Below, piece by piece: positions 37,114-47,139 of a DNA stretch of 64,000 nucleotides. The stretch's first letter is position 1. The number at the start of each line of letters is the position of its first letter. The notes below the pieces were generated by a model that searched no databases, was not told where the DNA came from, and saw only the letters and a list, made by a program, of their open reading frames with translations. A program made the position numbers and the translations under genes. The stretch covers positions 65,388 to 129,387 of the forward strand of contig JADMKE010000029.1 in assembly GCA_018780035.1 (NCBI GenBank), given 5' to 3'. This stretch comes from Candidatus Sericytochromatia bacterium. Lineage in GTDB: Bacteria; Cyanobacteriota; Sericytochromatia; UBA7694.

Positions 37114-38181
37114 ATGAAAACTTTCAAAGAAAAGCTAATTCCCTTTGCACTTGGCTCTGTACTGAGCGCCGCAGCCATGGGATTCTGGGGCTATTTAAAT
37201 ATTCATTCGCTGCAACGTGAAAACAGCCAATTACAAAAACAGGTCAAACAACAGGCCTGGCGCGAGGCAAACCTCAATAAAACCCAGGCCAGCCTCAAAG
37301 CAGAGTTGGAATGGCTCAAAGAAAAAAAAGCCAGCGAATACGATCAAACCATTGGGGCTTTGTTGCAGGCCAAAGACAATGCCCCTGTTGAGGCCCTGTA
37401 CGAATTGGGGGTCAAAGCCCTGCAAGAAAAGGACTATCCCCGCGCCTATTACGCCTTGGCTCAAGTCCAAGCCGTCAATCCCACATTCAAAGAACAGCAA
37501 AAATTCTATCCCCAAGCCAAAAAAGCCTATGAGAGTCACCAGCAGAAACAATTGGAAGACACCCTCAAAATGACCTATTCTCAGGCCTATGATCAACAGC
37601 TCAATGGCCAATTTGCCCAGGCCAAAACCAATTACCAACGCGTTTTGGCGCTAAAAGCAAATTACAAAGACGCCCAAAGACGATTGAATATGGTGAGCCA
37701 ATACCTTGCTGTGCGCGAACAAAACCGGGACTTTGAACAAAAAAAACAATGGTTGGAAGCCAGTTATAAACTGGGTATCAATGCCCAACTGCAGGGCCGC
37801 TTTGCCCAGGCCAAAGAGGCCTACACAGCGATTGTCACTTATGCACCCAGATACAAAGACGCTGCCCAGCGCCTGAAAGTGGTCCAGGCCCGTTTGCCCA
37901 AAACAGCTTCCCTTTCTGCCTCCCAGACTGTCAATTGTTATGAGATCGGGGTGGCCTTTGGCAAATGCGCCAAATTAGGCGCAGATGTAACAAATTGCGG
38001 CAAAACCGATGTCTCCAGAATTCCCCCCGCCTGTAAAGACAATCCCGACTTTGCCAAGGGTTTGAAGATGGCGCTGTCTTCTGGCCGGAGCGGTGGTGCA
38101 AATGGAGACAATGGGGGCGAGGGCGAGCCCTCTGCCTCAGATTTGTTAAAAGGTCTGCCTTCACTTTTGAGCAATTTATAA
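37114..38181 (+). CDS. Membrane-anchored coiled-coil/TPR-like protein with Cys-rich C-terminus
   Basis: ATG 37114 (MKTFKEKLIPFALGSVLSAAAMGF TM). Q/K-rich coiled coil. Repeated YKDAQRRL/YKDAAQRL units. Confidence 0.4.
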   Translation: MKTFKEKLIPFALGSVLSAAAMGFWGYLNIHSLQRENSQLQKQVKQQAWREANLNKTQASLKAELEWLKEKKASEYDQTIGALLQAKDNAPVEALYELGVKALQEKDYPRAYYALAQVQAVNPTFKEQQKFYPQAKKAYESHQQKQLEDTLKMTYSQAYDQQLNGQFAQAKTNYQRVLALKANYKDAQRRLNMVSQYLAVREQNRDFEQKKQWLEASYKLGINAQLQGRFAQAKEAYTAIVTYAPRYKDAAQRLKVVQARLPKTASLSASQTVNCYEIGVAFGKCAKLGADVTNCGKTDVSRIPPACKDNPDFAKGLKMALSSGRSGGANGDNGGEGEPSASDLLKGLPSLLSNL

Positions 38182-38192
38182 CGGACTCTAAC

Positions 38193-38714
38193 ATGGCCAT
38201 GACTGATCTCACTTTTGTGACCGACCAAGGCCGGTTTAACTACCGCGTGGCCGCAGTGATACTCCAGGGTGAGTCAGTGCTGGTGATGAGCGAGCCCGGT
38301 TTGCCTTATTATTACCTTCCGGGTGGCCGGGTGGGGCTGCATGAACCCAGTGAAGTGGCCCTGCGCAGAGAGCTCAAAGAAGAACTTCAAGCAGAGATTG
38401 CCTTTGCCCAATTGCTCTGGATCAACGAGCAGTTCTTTGTCGAAGACGTCTCACAGGAGAAATTCCACGAACTCTGTCTGTACTACCGTGTGGAATTACA
38501 CTCTGAAAGTTCACTTTTTGCCCAATCTGAATTTGAAATCTGCGAAAATGGCAAATGGCATAGCTTTAAATGGGTCGCGCCAGATGAGCTTGAAAAATCG
38601 AATGTCTATCCCAAATTCCTCGCCAAAGAGCTCAAACAGGTATTTGCGGCTAACCATCTAAGTCCCAAACATCTGGTGGAAGACGGGCTGAACGACTCAT
38701 TTCCAGAACGATGA
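38193..38714 (+). CDS. NUDIX hydrolase
   Basis: Nudix box GGRVGLHEPSEVALRRELKEELQ. Confidence 0.75.
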   Translation: MAMTDLTFVTDQGRFNYRVAAVILQGESVLVMSEPGLPYYYLPGGRVGLHEPSEVALRRELKEELQAEIAFAQLLWINEQFFVEDVSQEKFHELCLYYRVELHSESSLFAQSEFEICENGKWHSFKWVAPDELEKSNVYPKFLAKELKQVFAANHLSPKHLVEDGLNDSFPER

Positions 38715-38734
38715 CAAGAAGGTGGAATTAAACC

Positions 38735-39133
38735 ATGATCCAGAATATTGTCTCTGTGGCCTTGCTCGTCGATGACTACGACGAAGCGATTGCCTTTTTT
38801 ACCCAAAAGCTGCACTTTAACTTGCTCGAAGACACCTATATCCCCGAACAGGACAAACGCTGGGTGGTGGTGGCTCCCCCCGGTTCCACGGGCACAAATA
38901 TCCTGCTGGCCCGCCCTTCTCAGCCCGAACAAGCCGCTTTTGTCGGCAATCAAACGGGGGGCCGGGTCAGTTTCTTTCTGCGCACGGATGATTTCTGGCG
39001 CGATTATGAGGCCATGCGGGCCAAGGGCATTCGCTTTGTGCGCGAACCCCAAGAGCAACCCTATGGCACCGTGGCGGTCTTTGAAGATCTTTACGGCAAT
39101 CTTTGGGATTTGCTCTCGCCTGTGCCAGAGTGA
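38735..39133 (+). CDS. VOC/glyoxalase-bleomycin-resistance family protein
   Basis: Paired beta-alpha-beta-beta-beta modules. FVREPQEQPYGTVAVFEDLYGNLWDL. Confidence 0.65.
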   Translation: MIQNIVSVALLVDDYDEAIAFFTQKLHFNLLEDTYIPEQDKRWVVVAPPGSTGTNILLARPSQPEQAAFVGNQTGGRVSFFLRTDDFWRDYEAMRAKGIRFVREPQEQPYGTVAVFEDLYGNLWDLLSPVPE

Positions 39134-39141
39134 AGAAAAAC

Positions 39142-39780
39142 ATGGACCCTTCTGCACTTTCAGCTCAGGCCTTTGATGCCCTGGCAGACCGTTACCTCGC
39201 CAAATTCGGGGATCTGACCTGTTATGATCAGAGCTATTTGGTTTTTTGTAACGGGCTCAAGCCAGGCCAGGCAAAGGTTTTGGACTGTGCCTGTGGCCCT
39301 GGTCATGTTGCCAAATATTTGCTCAAACAGAGGCCGGATTTGGAATTGCTGGGCATCGACCTGGCCCCGCGTATGGTGGAATTGGCCCGCGCAGCAGTTC
39401 CCTCTGCACAGTTTATGGTTCACGATTGCCGCGATTTGTTCGCGCTTGAGCGCCATTTTGACGGGATGATCTGCGCTTTTGGCTTGCCCTATCTCTCTCC
39501 AGAGGAGGCCCTGGCTTTGATTGCGGCAGCTGAGCGGGTCTTGCTGCCGGGCGGGATGTTTTATCTCAGCACCCTGCTGGGCCCAAGCACTGATTCGGGT
39601 ATGCTGCACTGCAGTACGGGGAAAGTTGTTCATGTCTATTATCACAGTGAAGAAGTGCTGCTCCAGGCACTTGAGCTTCACGGTTTTTCAGTGTTGATGC
39701 AGCAGCAGATCAGCAGTCCGGCAACAGCCAGTCAAGTTACAATGGATTTGATTCTGATTGCAAAAAAAATGACAGACTAA
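39142..39780 (+). CDS. Class I SAM-dependent methyltransferase
   Basis: VLDCACGPGHVAKYL. Start moved to ATG 39142 to avoid overlap with the VOC gene. Confidence 0.6.
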   Translation: MDPSALSAQAFDALADRYLAKFGDLTCYDQSYLVFCNGLKPGQAKVLDCACGPGHVAKYLLKQRPDLELLGIDLAPRMVELARAAVPSAQFMVHDCRDLFALERHFDGMICAFGLPYLSPEEALALIAAAERVLLPGGMFYLSTLLGPSTDSGMLHCSTGKVVHVYYHSEEVLLQALELHGFSVLMQQQISSPATASQVTMDLILIAKKMTD

Positions 39781-39784
39781 AACC

Positions 39785-40987
39785 TTAAGCAAATGTCGCT
39801 CTCTTTTGGGCAATTAGCTGCTTCAGCCAGCTCTGAATTGCTTCGCGGCTGTCGGCCAGATTTTTGTATTCCAACAAAGCGGGAGGCATGCTCTGAAGCG
39901 CACTTGCCAGCCCTTGTAAACCGGCTAAATCCAACGCTTGCACCGGGTAGAGATAGGTGCGAATGGCAAAGAGCACAGCTTGGCAAGCAGGCAGACCACA
40001 GAGCAGCTGCCGTTCGACGCGCACATACAGTTCGGGAGCTGCCAGTGAAAAGGGCGGCAATGGCCAGTTTTCAGGCAAGATGTCGACCGGGGCCAAGGGG
40101 TGGTGATTCAGGCGAGAGCTGGTGTTGAGATCCCAAATAAAGCGACAAAACGCAGGTTTTTGAATCAGGCCTTTGAGCATCGGCAGATAATTCCCGCGCT
40201 GGGCAGCCATGCCCGGCACATGTTGATGCACCTCGGCAAAGGTTTTGCCAATTTTTTCGGCTGGGGCCCAAAAATTGGGGGCACAGACATGCAATGCGAC
40301 CAGTGAGTCTCTGTCTCCCTGCAATTGCCAAATGGCCAGATCTTCTTGCAGTTGTGAGGCCAAGGCATCAAACAGATTCAGGTATAAGGGGTGTTCTTGC
40401 AATTCAAACTTAGCAGAGAGTTTGAGTTGATCTCCACTCAAACTGCAGTTCAAGCTCTGTTGCTCAAATTGAAACCACTGCGGGTAGGCCCTGCAGAGAT
40501 GGTCCACGATCGTCTGATTCACTAAACGTTGACAGGCCGTGTCCAAATCTTGTTCCAAATAATATTTGTTGATGTTTTCTTGGCGGCAGTGTGCTTTGTT
40601 TTGCAGATAAAGTGGGTAGCTTTGGTCAATTTGAAAGAGCCGTTTTTCAGGCGTTTCTGTTTCGACCTGAAGATGGAATAAACCAGGTGTGGAAACGTCG
40701 TATTTGCCAGATTCAAACGGGAAATAACGCAGCACAGGCAGCCGGCTTAAGTGATCTTGGATGGCGGGATTCATGGGAGGTATTTTACCAATTGTGGGGA
40801 AAAACTTGCGGAGATCTGTTTCGCCGCGCACGGCAAAAAACAACAGTACACAGGCCATTTGTGGGTCATCTGGCGCCTTTCTAAGAGCGGGGAGATTCAC
40901 AAGCTTAACATCCAAACCAGATATAATGAAGGCGGAAAGATGCCCTAAAATCTGCGCCGAACCCCAGAGGAGAGACGGTTTTGACAA
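39785..40987 (-). CDS. Hypothetical protein (possibly DUF3445-like)
   Basis: ORF only. Weak resemblance; family not confirmed. Confidence 0.3.
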   Translation of the reverse strand: MSKPSLLWGSAQILGHLSAFIISGLDVKLVNLPALRKAPDDPQMACVLLFFAVRGETDLRKFFPTIGKIPPMNPAIQDHLSRLPVLRYFPFESGKYDVSTPGLFHLQVETETPEKRLFQIDQSYPLYLQNKAHCRQENINKYYLEQDLDTACQRLVNQTIVDHLCRAYPQWFQFEQQSLNCSLSGDQLKLSAKFELQEHPLYLNLFDALASQLQEDLAIWQLQGDRDSLVALHVCAPNFWAPAEKIGKTFAEVHQHVPGMAAQRGNYLPMLKGLIQKPAFCRFIWDLNTSSRLNHHPLAPVDILPENWPLPPFSLAAPELYVRVERQLLCGLPACQAVLFAIRTYLYPVQALDLAGLQGLASALQSMPPALLEYKNLADSREAIQSWLKQLIAQKRATFA

Positions 40988-41559
40988 ACGAAATTCACGT
41001 GACCGGCACAGCCGATGCGGGGGCCACCGCGGTCATCACCCACCGCGTCCGCGATGGTATGCACAGCCAATACGATGCCTGGTTGCATGAAATTGGGCCG
41101 ATTTGCCGCAGTTATCCAGGTATTTTGGACTGGCAGGTGATTCGCCCGATTCCCGATCTGACTCTGACCTATACGGTGATCATCCGCTTTGATACCCATG
41201 ACCACCTGCAAAACTGGTTGTTTTCAGAGGACCGCAAACGCCTGATCGCAGAGGTCTTGCCCTTGCTCTCGGGCGATGATGATTTCTTTGTGCGCAGCGG
41301 TTTGGATTTTTGGTTTGCCCCCGAGGGCGCCAAAGCCAAATTGCCCGTGCGCTGGAAACAATTTTTGATTACCTGGTCTGCGATTTACCCCTTGGTCTTG
41401 CTGATGCCTTTGATTGTTGTGCCGCTTTTGCAAGTGGCGGGTCTGCCCCAGAATCACTATCTTGCAACGCTCTGTGTGACCGGGCTGGTGGTGTTTAACA
41501 TGGTTTATGTGGTCATGCCGCGTTACACCAAGCTGGTTCACCGCTGGTTGTTCAGGTAA
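40981..41559 (+). CDS. Hypothetical protein: ABM-like soluble domain followed by two TM helices
   Basis: ORF. C-terminal hydrophobic helices. Confidence 0.3.
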   Translation: MTNEIHVTGTADAGATAVITHRVRDGMHSQYDAWLHEIGPICRSYPGILDWQVIRPIPDLTLTYTVIIRFDTHDHLQNWLFSEDRKRLIAEVLPLLSGDDDFFVRSGLDFWFAPEGAKAKLPVRWKQFLITWSAIYPLVLLMPLIVVPLLQVAGLPQNHYLATLCVTGLVVFNMVYVVMPRYTKLVHRWLFR

Positions 41560-41598
41560 AATGGATCCATTCCGCACAGCTTAAGGAGTTTTTCTCAG

Positions 41599-42762
41599 AT
41601 GCGCCAGCTCTCCCCTCTCTTGATCGTTCTTTGCCTGACTGCTTGCAACACACCCACGCCTGCCAGCAATACCAATCCCAGTGGCAGTCCCAAGCCTGTG
41701 GCCAGTCTCTTGCCCGATCCTGGTGCTGCTGCCAAGCCTGTCGCAGCTCCCTCGTCGACACCTGCGCCAGGGGCCAATTTGCCCGTGTTTAGTAAAATCT
41801 CCACTGTGGTGGGCACCCGCGAGCAAGTAACCAAAGATGGCAGCCTGGAAGAAGCGCGCTTTTATGCGCCGACAGGGGTGGTCAGCGACGGCAAAGGCAC
41901 GTTGTATATTGCCGATGAAGGCGCTCATACGATTCGCAAAATTACAGCCAGTGGTGTGACCACCTTCGCCGGGACAGGTGTGGCGGGTTATAAAGATGGC
42001 CCTGCGGAGCAGGCCCAGTTTCGCAATCCCTGGGATTTGGTTTTGGATGCCCAGGGCAATCTCTATGTGGCTGATTCTGGCAACCACCGCATACGCAAAA
42101 TTGCACCTGACGGCATTGTTTCGACCATCGCAGGCAATGGCAAAAATGCCTTTGCCAATGGGCCTGCGCTGGAGGCCAGTTTCTTTAGCCCCACAGGCCT
42201 GGATCGCGATGCCCAGGGCAATCTCTATGTGGCCGACCAGACCAATAACTTAATTCGCAAAATCTCTCCCAGTGGAGAGGTCTCCACCTTGGCGGGGGCC
42301 GCAGATAACAGCAATGGCCTCAAAGACGGCCAGGGCGGAGCGGCGCAGTTTCGCCGCCCGACCGATGTGCACATGACTGCCAAGGGGCTGTATGTGGCCG
42401 ATGATGGCAACCACGCCATTCGCCTGATTGCTGCCGATGGCACAGTCAGCACGGTGGTGGGCGCTGGGGCCCGCAGCCAGGGAGCCACAGACGGCCCACC
42501 TGCAGAGGCCCTTTTAAACAGCCCTGTTTCGCTCTGCAGTGACAAAGCGGGCAATCTCTACTTTGTCGAGTTTAATGGCAATGCCGTGCGCAAAATGGCA
42601 AGCGATGGCAGCATTACCAGTTTGATTCGCGGCATACCACCCGGTTTTGTCGATGGCCCACTGGCGGAGGGCAAGGTCAATGGTCCCACCGGGATCTTTT
42701 GCGGCGAAAATGTACTTTACGTGGCCGACCGCGACAATCACCGGGTTCGCAAAATAGACTAA
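41599..42762 (+). CDS. NHL-repeat lipoprotein
   Basis: LLIVLCLTAC lipobox. Repeated GxLYVAD..NHxIRKI NHL units, at least five. Confidence 0.75.
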   Translation: MRQLSPLLIVLCLTACNTPTPASNTNPSGSPKPVASLLPDPGAAAKPVAAPSSTPAPGANLPVFSKISTVVGTREQVTKDGSLEEARFYAPTGVVSDGKGTLYIADEGAHTIRKITASGVTTFAGTGVAGYKDGPAEQAQFRNPWDLVLDAQGNLYVADSGNHRIRKIAPDGIVSTIAGNGKNAFANGPALEASFFSPTGLDRDAQGNLYVADQTNNLIRKISPSGEVSTLAGAADNSNGLKDGQGGAAQFRRPTDVHMTAKGLYVADDGNHAIRLIAADGTVSTVVGAGARSQGATDGPPAEALLNSPVSLCSDKAGNLYFVEFNGNAVRKMASDGSITSLIRGIPPGFVDGPLAEGKVNGPTGIFCGENVLYVADRDNHRVRKID

Positions 42763-42785
42763 AGCGCCGCTGGGGTTGGGTTGTT

Positions 42786-43259
42786 TTAAACCGAATAGAC
42801 GGGCATCAGGGCATCGAGCCTTTCGTAGCTCATTTCTATGCCTTCCGTCATGCCTGTTTGCAGTACCATATTGCGGGTGGCTTCCGTACCATAGGCAATT
42901 AACATGGTCACCAAGGTTTGGTCTTTCTGCTGTTCAAACAGGGTGGTCACGACAGACGAATCGTCGGGCCATTGGGCAAAGGTCTCGGTGTTGACAATCC
43001 GTTGGTGTTTGACGACCTCTTGATAGCTGCCATAGGCAATCATCTCATCTACAGGGATATTCCAAACATAGCGCCATTGGCCCCCTTCGCGCAGGTCGAT
43101 TTCACAGATCGGCATGGTATGGCCGGGCGGGCCTGTCAGCCAGCGTTTGACAAATTCGGGCTCGGTAAAGGCCCGCCAAACAAGTTCAAGTGGGGCGTCA
43201 AAACCGCGTTTGACGCAGATTTCGTTGGGGTTGGCTTGGATCATTTCTAAGGGTTTCAT
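42786..43259 (-). CDS. SRPBCC/AHSA1-domain protein (copy 1)
   Basis: ATG 43259 with GGAGAG SD. AHSA1-like fold signature. Overlaps the upstream ArsR gene. Confidence 0.6.
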   Translation of the reverse strand: MKPLEMIQANPNEICVKRGFDAPLELVWRAFTEPEFVKRWLTGPPGHTMPICEIDLREGGQWRYVWNIPVDEMIAYGSYQEVVKHQRIVNTETFAQWPDDSSVVTTLFEQQKDQTLVTMLIAYGTEATRNMVLQTGMTEGIEMSYERLDALMPVYSV

Positions 43260-43606
43260 GGGGTCTCTCCTGGGTGTTGATGGTGGGTCAGTTTTAATTC
43301 TTCCAAGACCGCATCGAGACGGGCATAATTGCCCTCCCAAATGCTGCGGTAGTCTTCCAGCCATGCGTCCACGGCTTGGAGCGCAGTCGGTTCTAATTTG
43401 CAGGGCCGTGTTTGGGCCACACGGGAACGCGAAATCAGACCGGCGGATTCGAGCACTTTTAAATGGGCCGAGATCGTGGGCTGGGTCAATTCAAAGCATT
43501 TCACCAATTCTGAGACCGTGGCCATGCCTCGGCTCAAATGGGCAATAATGCTGCGGCGGGTGGGGTCCGCCAGGGCTGCAAAGGTTTGGTTTAAAACGAT
43601 ATCCAT
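43256..43606 (-). CDS. ArsR/SmtB-family transcriptional regulator (copy 1)
   Basis: [16 protein letters not shown]...VSELV...TQPTISAHLKVLESAGLI. Confidence 0.8.
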   Translation of the reverse strand: MDIVLNQTFAALADPTRRSIIAHLSRGMATVSELVKCFELTQPTISAHLKVLESAGLISRSRVAQTRPCKLEPTALQAVDAWLEDYRSIWEGNYARLDAVLEELKLTHHQHPGETP

Positions 43607-43703
43607 GTATATAGTTAATCATCTATATAGTTAATTGTCAATATAAGTTTTGAATTTTGAGAATGGTATAATTCAGCTCTAAATCTGTATAGACAATAAA
43701 GCC

Positions 43704-44729
43704 ATGCCAAAACTGAAACTATTTCTGGGTGGATTGTTTGTGCTGCTGGTGGTCTATCTTTGGAATGCCGCTTGGCGGGTCGGCCCTGTGCCGGGTGGAT
43801 TAAAGTTGCTTTCCCACCGGGGGGTGCATCAGACCTTTCATCGCCAGGGGCTTAAATCCGGCACCTGCACTGCCCAGCGCATAGATCCTCCCACTCACGC
43901 CTATCTTGAAAACAGCTTGCCCTCAATGGCTGCAGCTTTTGCTGCAGGGGCCACGGTGGTCGAACTCGATGTACACCCCACCCGCGATGGCGTTTTTGCG
44001 GTTTTACACGACTGGACCCTCGACTGCCGCACCGATGGCAAAGGGGTGACCCGTGAACAGAGCCTGGCCTACCTTAAAAACCTGGATATTGGTCATGGAT
44101 ATACAGCTGATGGGGGCCGCAGCTTTCCTCTGCGTGGGCGTGGCAAAGGGCTGATGCCCACTTTAAACGAGGTCTTTGCGGCTTTTCCCCAGGGTCGGTT
44201 TTTGATCAATTTTAAAAGCAATGAAGCCCGCGAGGCCGAGCTCCTGGCCCAGCTCCTGCGCCAGCACCCTGAATGGCGGCACTTGGTTTGGGGGGCCTAT
44301 GGCGGAGATGCCCCAACCTTTCGCGCGGCCCAATTGCTCAGATCGCCCCAGCATATGGCCCCTGCGGGGACCGATCTCCGGGTCTGGTCGCGCAAAGGCC
44401 TGATGCAATGCCTTGGCCAATACCTGGCCCTGGGCTGGAGTGGATGGGTGCCCCCAGCCTGTCGCCAGAGCACGATCATGGTGCCCCTCAACGTCGGGCC
44501 TTGGCTCTGGGGATGGCCAAATCTGTTTCTGCACCGCCTGAAGGCCGTGGGCACAGAGGTGATTCTCTTGGGGCCTTATGCCCAGGGCGATCCCGGCACT
44601 TCTGGCATCGACAGCTTGGCGCAACTCAAACAGGTCCCTGCTGACTTTTCGGGCTATCTCTGGACCAACAAAATAGAATTGATTGGCCCCGCTCTCAAGG
44701 CCAGCCACGCGCAGACAAAAAAGGACTGA
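43704..44729 (+). CDS. Glycerophosphodiester-phosphodiesterase-like (GDPD/PLC-like) membrane-anchored protein
   Basis: N-terminal TM helix. VVELDVHPTRDGVFAVLHDWTLD GDPD-like motif. Confidence 0.5.
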   Translation: MPKLKLFLGGLFVLLVVYLWNAAWRVGPVPGGLKLLSHRGVHQTFHRQGLKSGTCTAQRIDPPTHAYLENSLPSMAAAFAAGATVVELDVHPTRDGVFAVLHDWTLDCRTDGKGVTREQSLAYLKNLDIGHGYTADGGRSFPLRGRGKGLMPTLNEVFAAFPQGRFLINFKSNEAREAELLAQLLRQHPEWRHLVWGAYGGDAPTFRAAQLLRSPQHMAPAGTDLRVWSRKGLMQCLGQYLALGWSGWVPPACRQSTIMVPLNVGPWLWGWPNLFLHRLKAVGTEVILLGPYAQGDPGTSGIDSLAQLKQVPADFSGYLWTNKIELIGPALKASHAQTKKD

Positions 44730-44733
44730 AACC

Positions 44734-45678
44734 ATGAAAATTCATCAACTCAAAACCCTGCACACCCCCGATGCCGCTGAAATGCCAGTGATTCAAATTG
44801 AGTCGGAGCAGGATTATCACGACCTGCTGCAATCGATTCTGGCAACAGATTATTATGGCTCAGCCTATTTTCAACGCCATTCGGGCTACCGCCGGGGCAA
44901 GGTCAAAATCCGCAATCTGTTTATTTCCACCGTGGTGGATTTTTTGCAGCCGACGGCGATCTTGGAATTGGGCTGTGGGCGCGGGGATATCCTGGCACCC
45001 TTTTGCCAGAACCCCCAACTTCAGGTCAAAGGGATTGAATTTTCACAAGGGGCCTTGGCCTTTGCGCCCGATGCTGTCAAAGCAGTGATAGATCTTGGCC
45101 CGATCGAGACGGTCCTCGAAAATTACCAGGCCCAAGGCTTGCGCTTTGATACCCTGCTCGGCTTTGATATCTGGGAACACCTCTTGCCCCAAAGCCTGGC
45201 GTCAACCCGTGTTCAATTGCTCTCCTGTTGCGCTGCAAATGCCCTGTTTTATTTTGTCATACCGGCTTATGGACACGATCGCGTCTTTGGTGAGACCTTT
45301 CCACTGGAATTGGCCGAGAACAGACAAGCGTTGGCCGAGCATCAGCCCTTTGCCTATTTGCTGGCAGATCAGCTCGACCCCCCCATCCCAGCCATGGGCC
45401 ATTTAACTTGGAGCAGTTCACGCTGGTGGGAGGACTTCTTTGCCCAAGCGGGTCTTGTGCGCGAGGTGGAATTGGAAAAACAGCTACACGCCCATTTTGA
45501 CTTTATCTTTCAGGCCTCTTTGCGCAGTTTCTTTGTCTTTCGCATGCCCACCCCCGAGGCCCAACAACGGGTGGAGACGATTTTGGCCCGCCCTTTTGCG
45601 GGGCTGAGAAAATGGCAAAAGGTGTTTGAATTTTATGGGTGCATGCGCAAATTACAGGCCTCGTTAGGGCCCCACTAA
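44734..45678 (+). CDS. Class I SAM-dependent methyltransferase
   Basis: ATG 44734 (MKIHQL...). ILELGCGRGDILAPF motif I. Confidence 0.55.
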   Translation: MKIHQLKTLHTPDAAEMPVIQIESEQDYHDLLQSILATDYYGSAYFQRHSGYRRGKVKIRNLFISTVVDFLQPTAILELGCGRGDILAPFCQNPQLQVKGIEFSQGALAFAPDAVKAVIDLGPIETVLENYQAQGLRFDTLLGFDIWEHLLPQSLASTRVQLLSCCAANALFYFVIPAYGHDRVFGETFPLELAENRQALAEHQPFAYLLADQLDPPIPAMGHLTWSSSRWWEDFFAQAGLVREVELEKQLHAHFDFIFQASLRSFFVFRMPTPEAQQRVETILARPFAGLRKWQKVFEFYGCMRKLQASLGPH

Positions 45679-45692
45679 TCCCGCACCTGCAT

Positions 45693-47084
45693 TCAGGGAG
45701 ACTTGGCACCTTGGACAGGATAAAAGAGGGGGTGCCGCTTTAAGACCCAGGCCTGTTGGGTCGTCATGGCTTTGCCATTGCCTTCCCAAAACATATAATT
45801 GGCGGCATCGCGCCCGGCACATTCTTCGCTATCGACCAAGCCGTCTTTGTCCTTGTCGAATTTGGCTGCGGGGCATTCAGGCGTGTCTGCAAGCGGGTCA
45901 AAGCCTTCGCCATTTTCTTCGGTGGTATGTACCACGCCCATTAAGTGAGAGCTTTCGTGCCAGAGAGTGCCTCCCTGGTGTTCATCTTCGGGATCATAGG
46001 CCAAGACCACACAAGACCAGCGCGAATGGGGCAAAGGTAAGAGTCCGGGCATGCCCAAGGCAAAGCCGACATTTTCGCCCGCATCTGCTTTGATTTCACT
46101 GGGACTGCGCATGATCTCATCCAGCAGCGCAACATTGAGCTGGCGATAGCCATCGGTGCGTTTGGCCAGATCTTGGCAGATATCTGATTCGATTTTATCG
46201 TCATCGTTGGGTTGCAGTTTTGAATAGGTCTGAATCATGGCTGGGGTGCCCACCTTGATCTGGATTTTGCCCATTTGCAGGCCGTGGGGCTGAATGATTT
46301 GATTGATCTGTTTGCGCACATCGCTGACGTATTTTTGGTAATTGGCAGGGGCTTGGATCGCTTTGTTTTTGCTCAGAATCCAAAAGGTCATGTCCAGGGC
46401 CTGGCGGCCCTGCAAGGAACCTGTGCGCAGAATGGCTCCTGCGTCTTTGAGCGTTTTGCCTGAGTCGGTTTTGACTTTGACACTGTATTTGCCTGGTTCC
46501 AGGGCATGTTCGGGGGTCAAGGGCAAATAAAAGCTCAACTCGCCTGTATTGGCAATGGCCTCTTGCAAATAATCCCCTTCGAGGGTGTCTGCTTGGGGGT
46601 CGTAGCTGTGTAGCACCTCGCCGTCGGGGCCAACAATTTCCAGCAAGGTCATATTTTCGTTTTTGTTTTGGGCATGGGCATAAAAGAGCAGTGAGTGCTC
46701 GTTGGGCTTGAGTTCGATACTCAGGGTCTGATTGGGTTTGACCTGGTTAAAGGTCACTTGCCGTAAATCTGGATAGTCTCGGGGGGCTGAGGTGGCCGAG
46801 GTGCCAGACAGGCTGACGAGGGCCAAGCAGAGGGCGCCCAATAAAATCTGTTTGACCCGCCCGACTTGGCCGTCGCTGAGCCGAACTTTGATCCCATGGG
46901 GGTGATTGGCTGATGGGGTGAGAATCTCTTGAATCACCCCCGAGGTCAGCTTGCCGCTGCGTTGATCCTGTTTGAGGACAATTTGCACCTTGAGGCCGGG
47001 ACGTAAGTCACTGCGTTTTCTGCCGTCAGCCATATATTCTCCTAAAAATCGCTTGTGGGATCTGAATGCCGTTAAGCATAACAT
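45693..47084 (-). CDS. M43 (pappalysin/cytophagalysin-like) zinc metallopeptidase with an in-frame N-terminal YwbE/DUF2196-like domain
   Basis: HESSHLMGVVHT...DTP metzincin-like motif. N-terminal RSDLRPGLKVQIVLKQDQRSGKLTSGVIQEILTPSANHPHGIKVRLSDGQVGRVKQIL equals the YwbE pattern, followed directly by a signal-peptide-like LLGALCLALVSLSGTSATSA. Confidence 0.5.
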   Translation of the reverse strand: MLCLTAFRSHKRFLGEYMADGRKRSDLRPGLKVQIVLKQDQRSGKLTSGVIQEILTPSANHPHGIKVRLSDGQVGRVKQILLGALCLALVSLSGTSATSAPRDYPDLRQVTFNQVKPNQTLSIELKPNEHSLLFYAHAQNKNENMTLLEIVGPDGEVLHSYDPQADTLEGDYLQEAIANTGELSFYLPLTPEHALEPGKYSVKVKTDSGKTLKDAGAILRTGSLQGRQALDMTFWILSKNKAIQAPANYQKYVSDVRKQINQIIQPHGLQMGKIQIKVGTPAMIQTYSKLQPNDDDKIESDICQDLAKRTDGYRQLNVALLDEIMRSPSEIKADAGENVGFALGMPGLLPLPHSRWSCVVLAYDPEDEHQGGTLWHESSHLMGVVHTTEENGEGFDPLADTPECPAAKFDKDKDGLVDSEECAGRDAANYMFWEGNGKAMTTQQAWVLKRHPLFYPVQGAKSP

Positions 47085-47139
47085 TCTGGTGGCTCTGCTG
47101 AAATAGCATTACACTTGTAAAGCAGAACTGAGATCAAAC

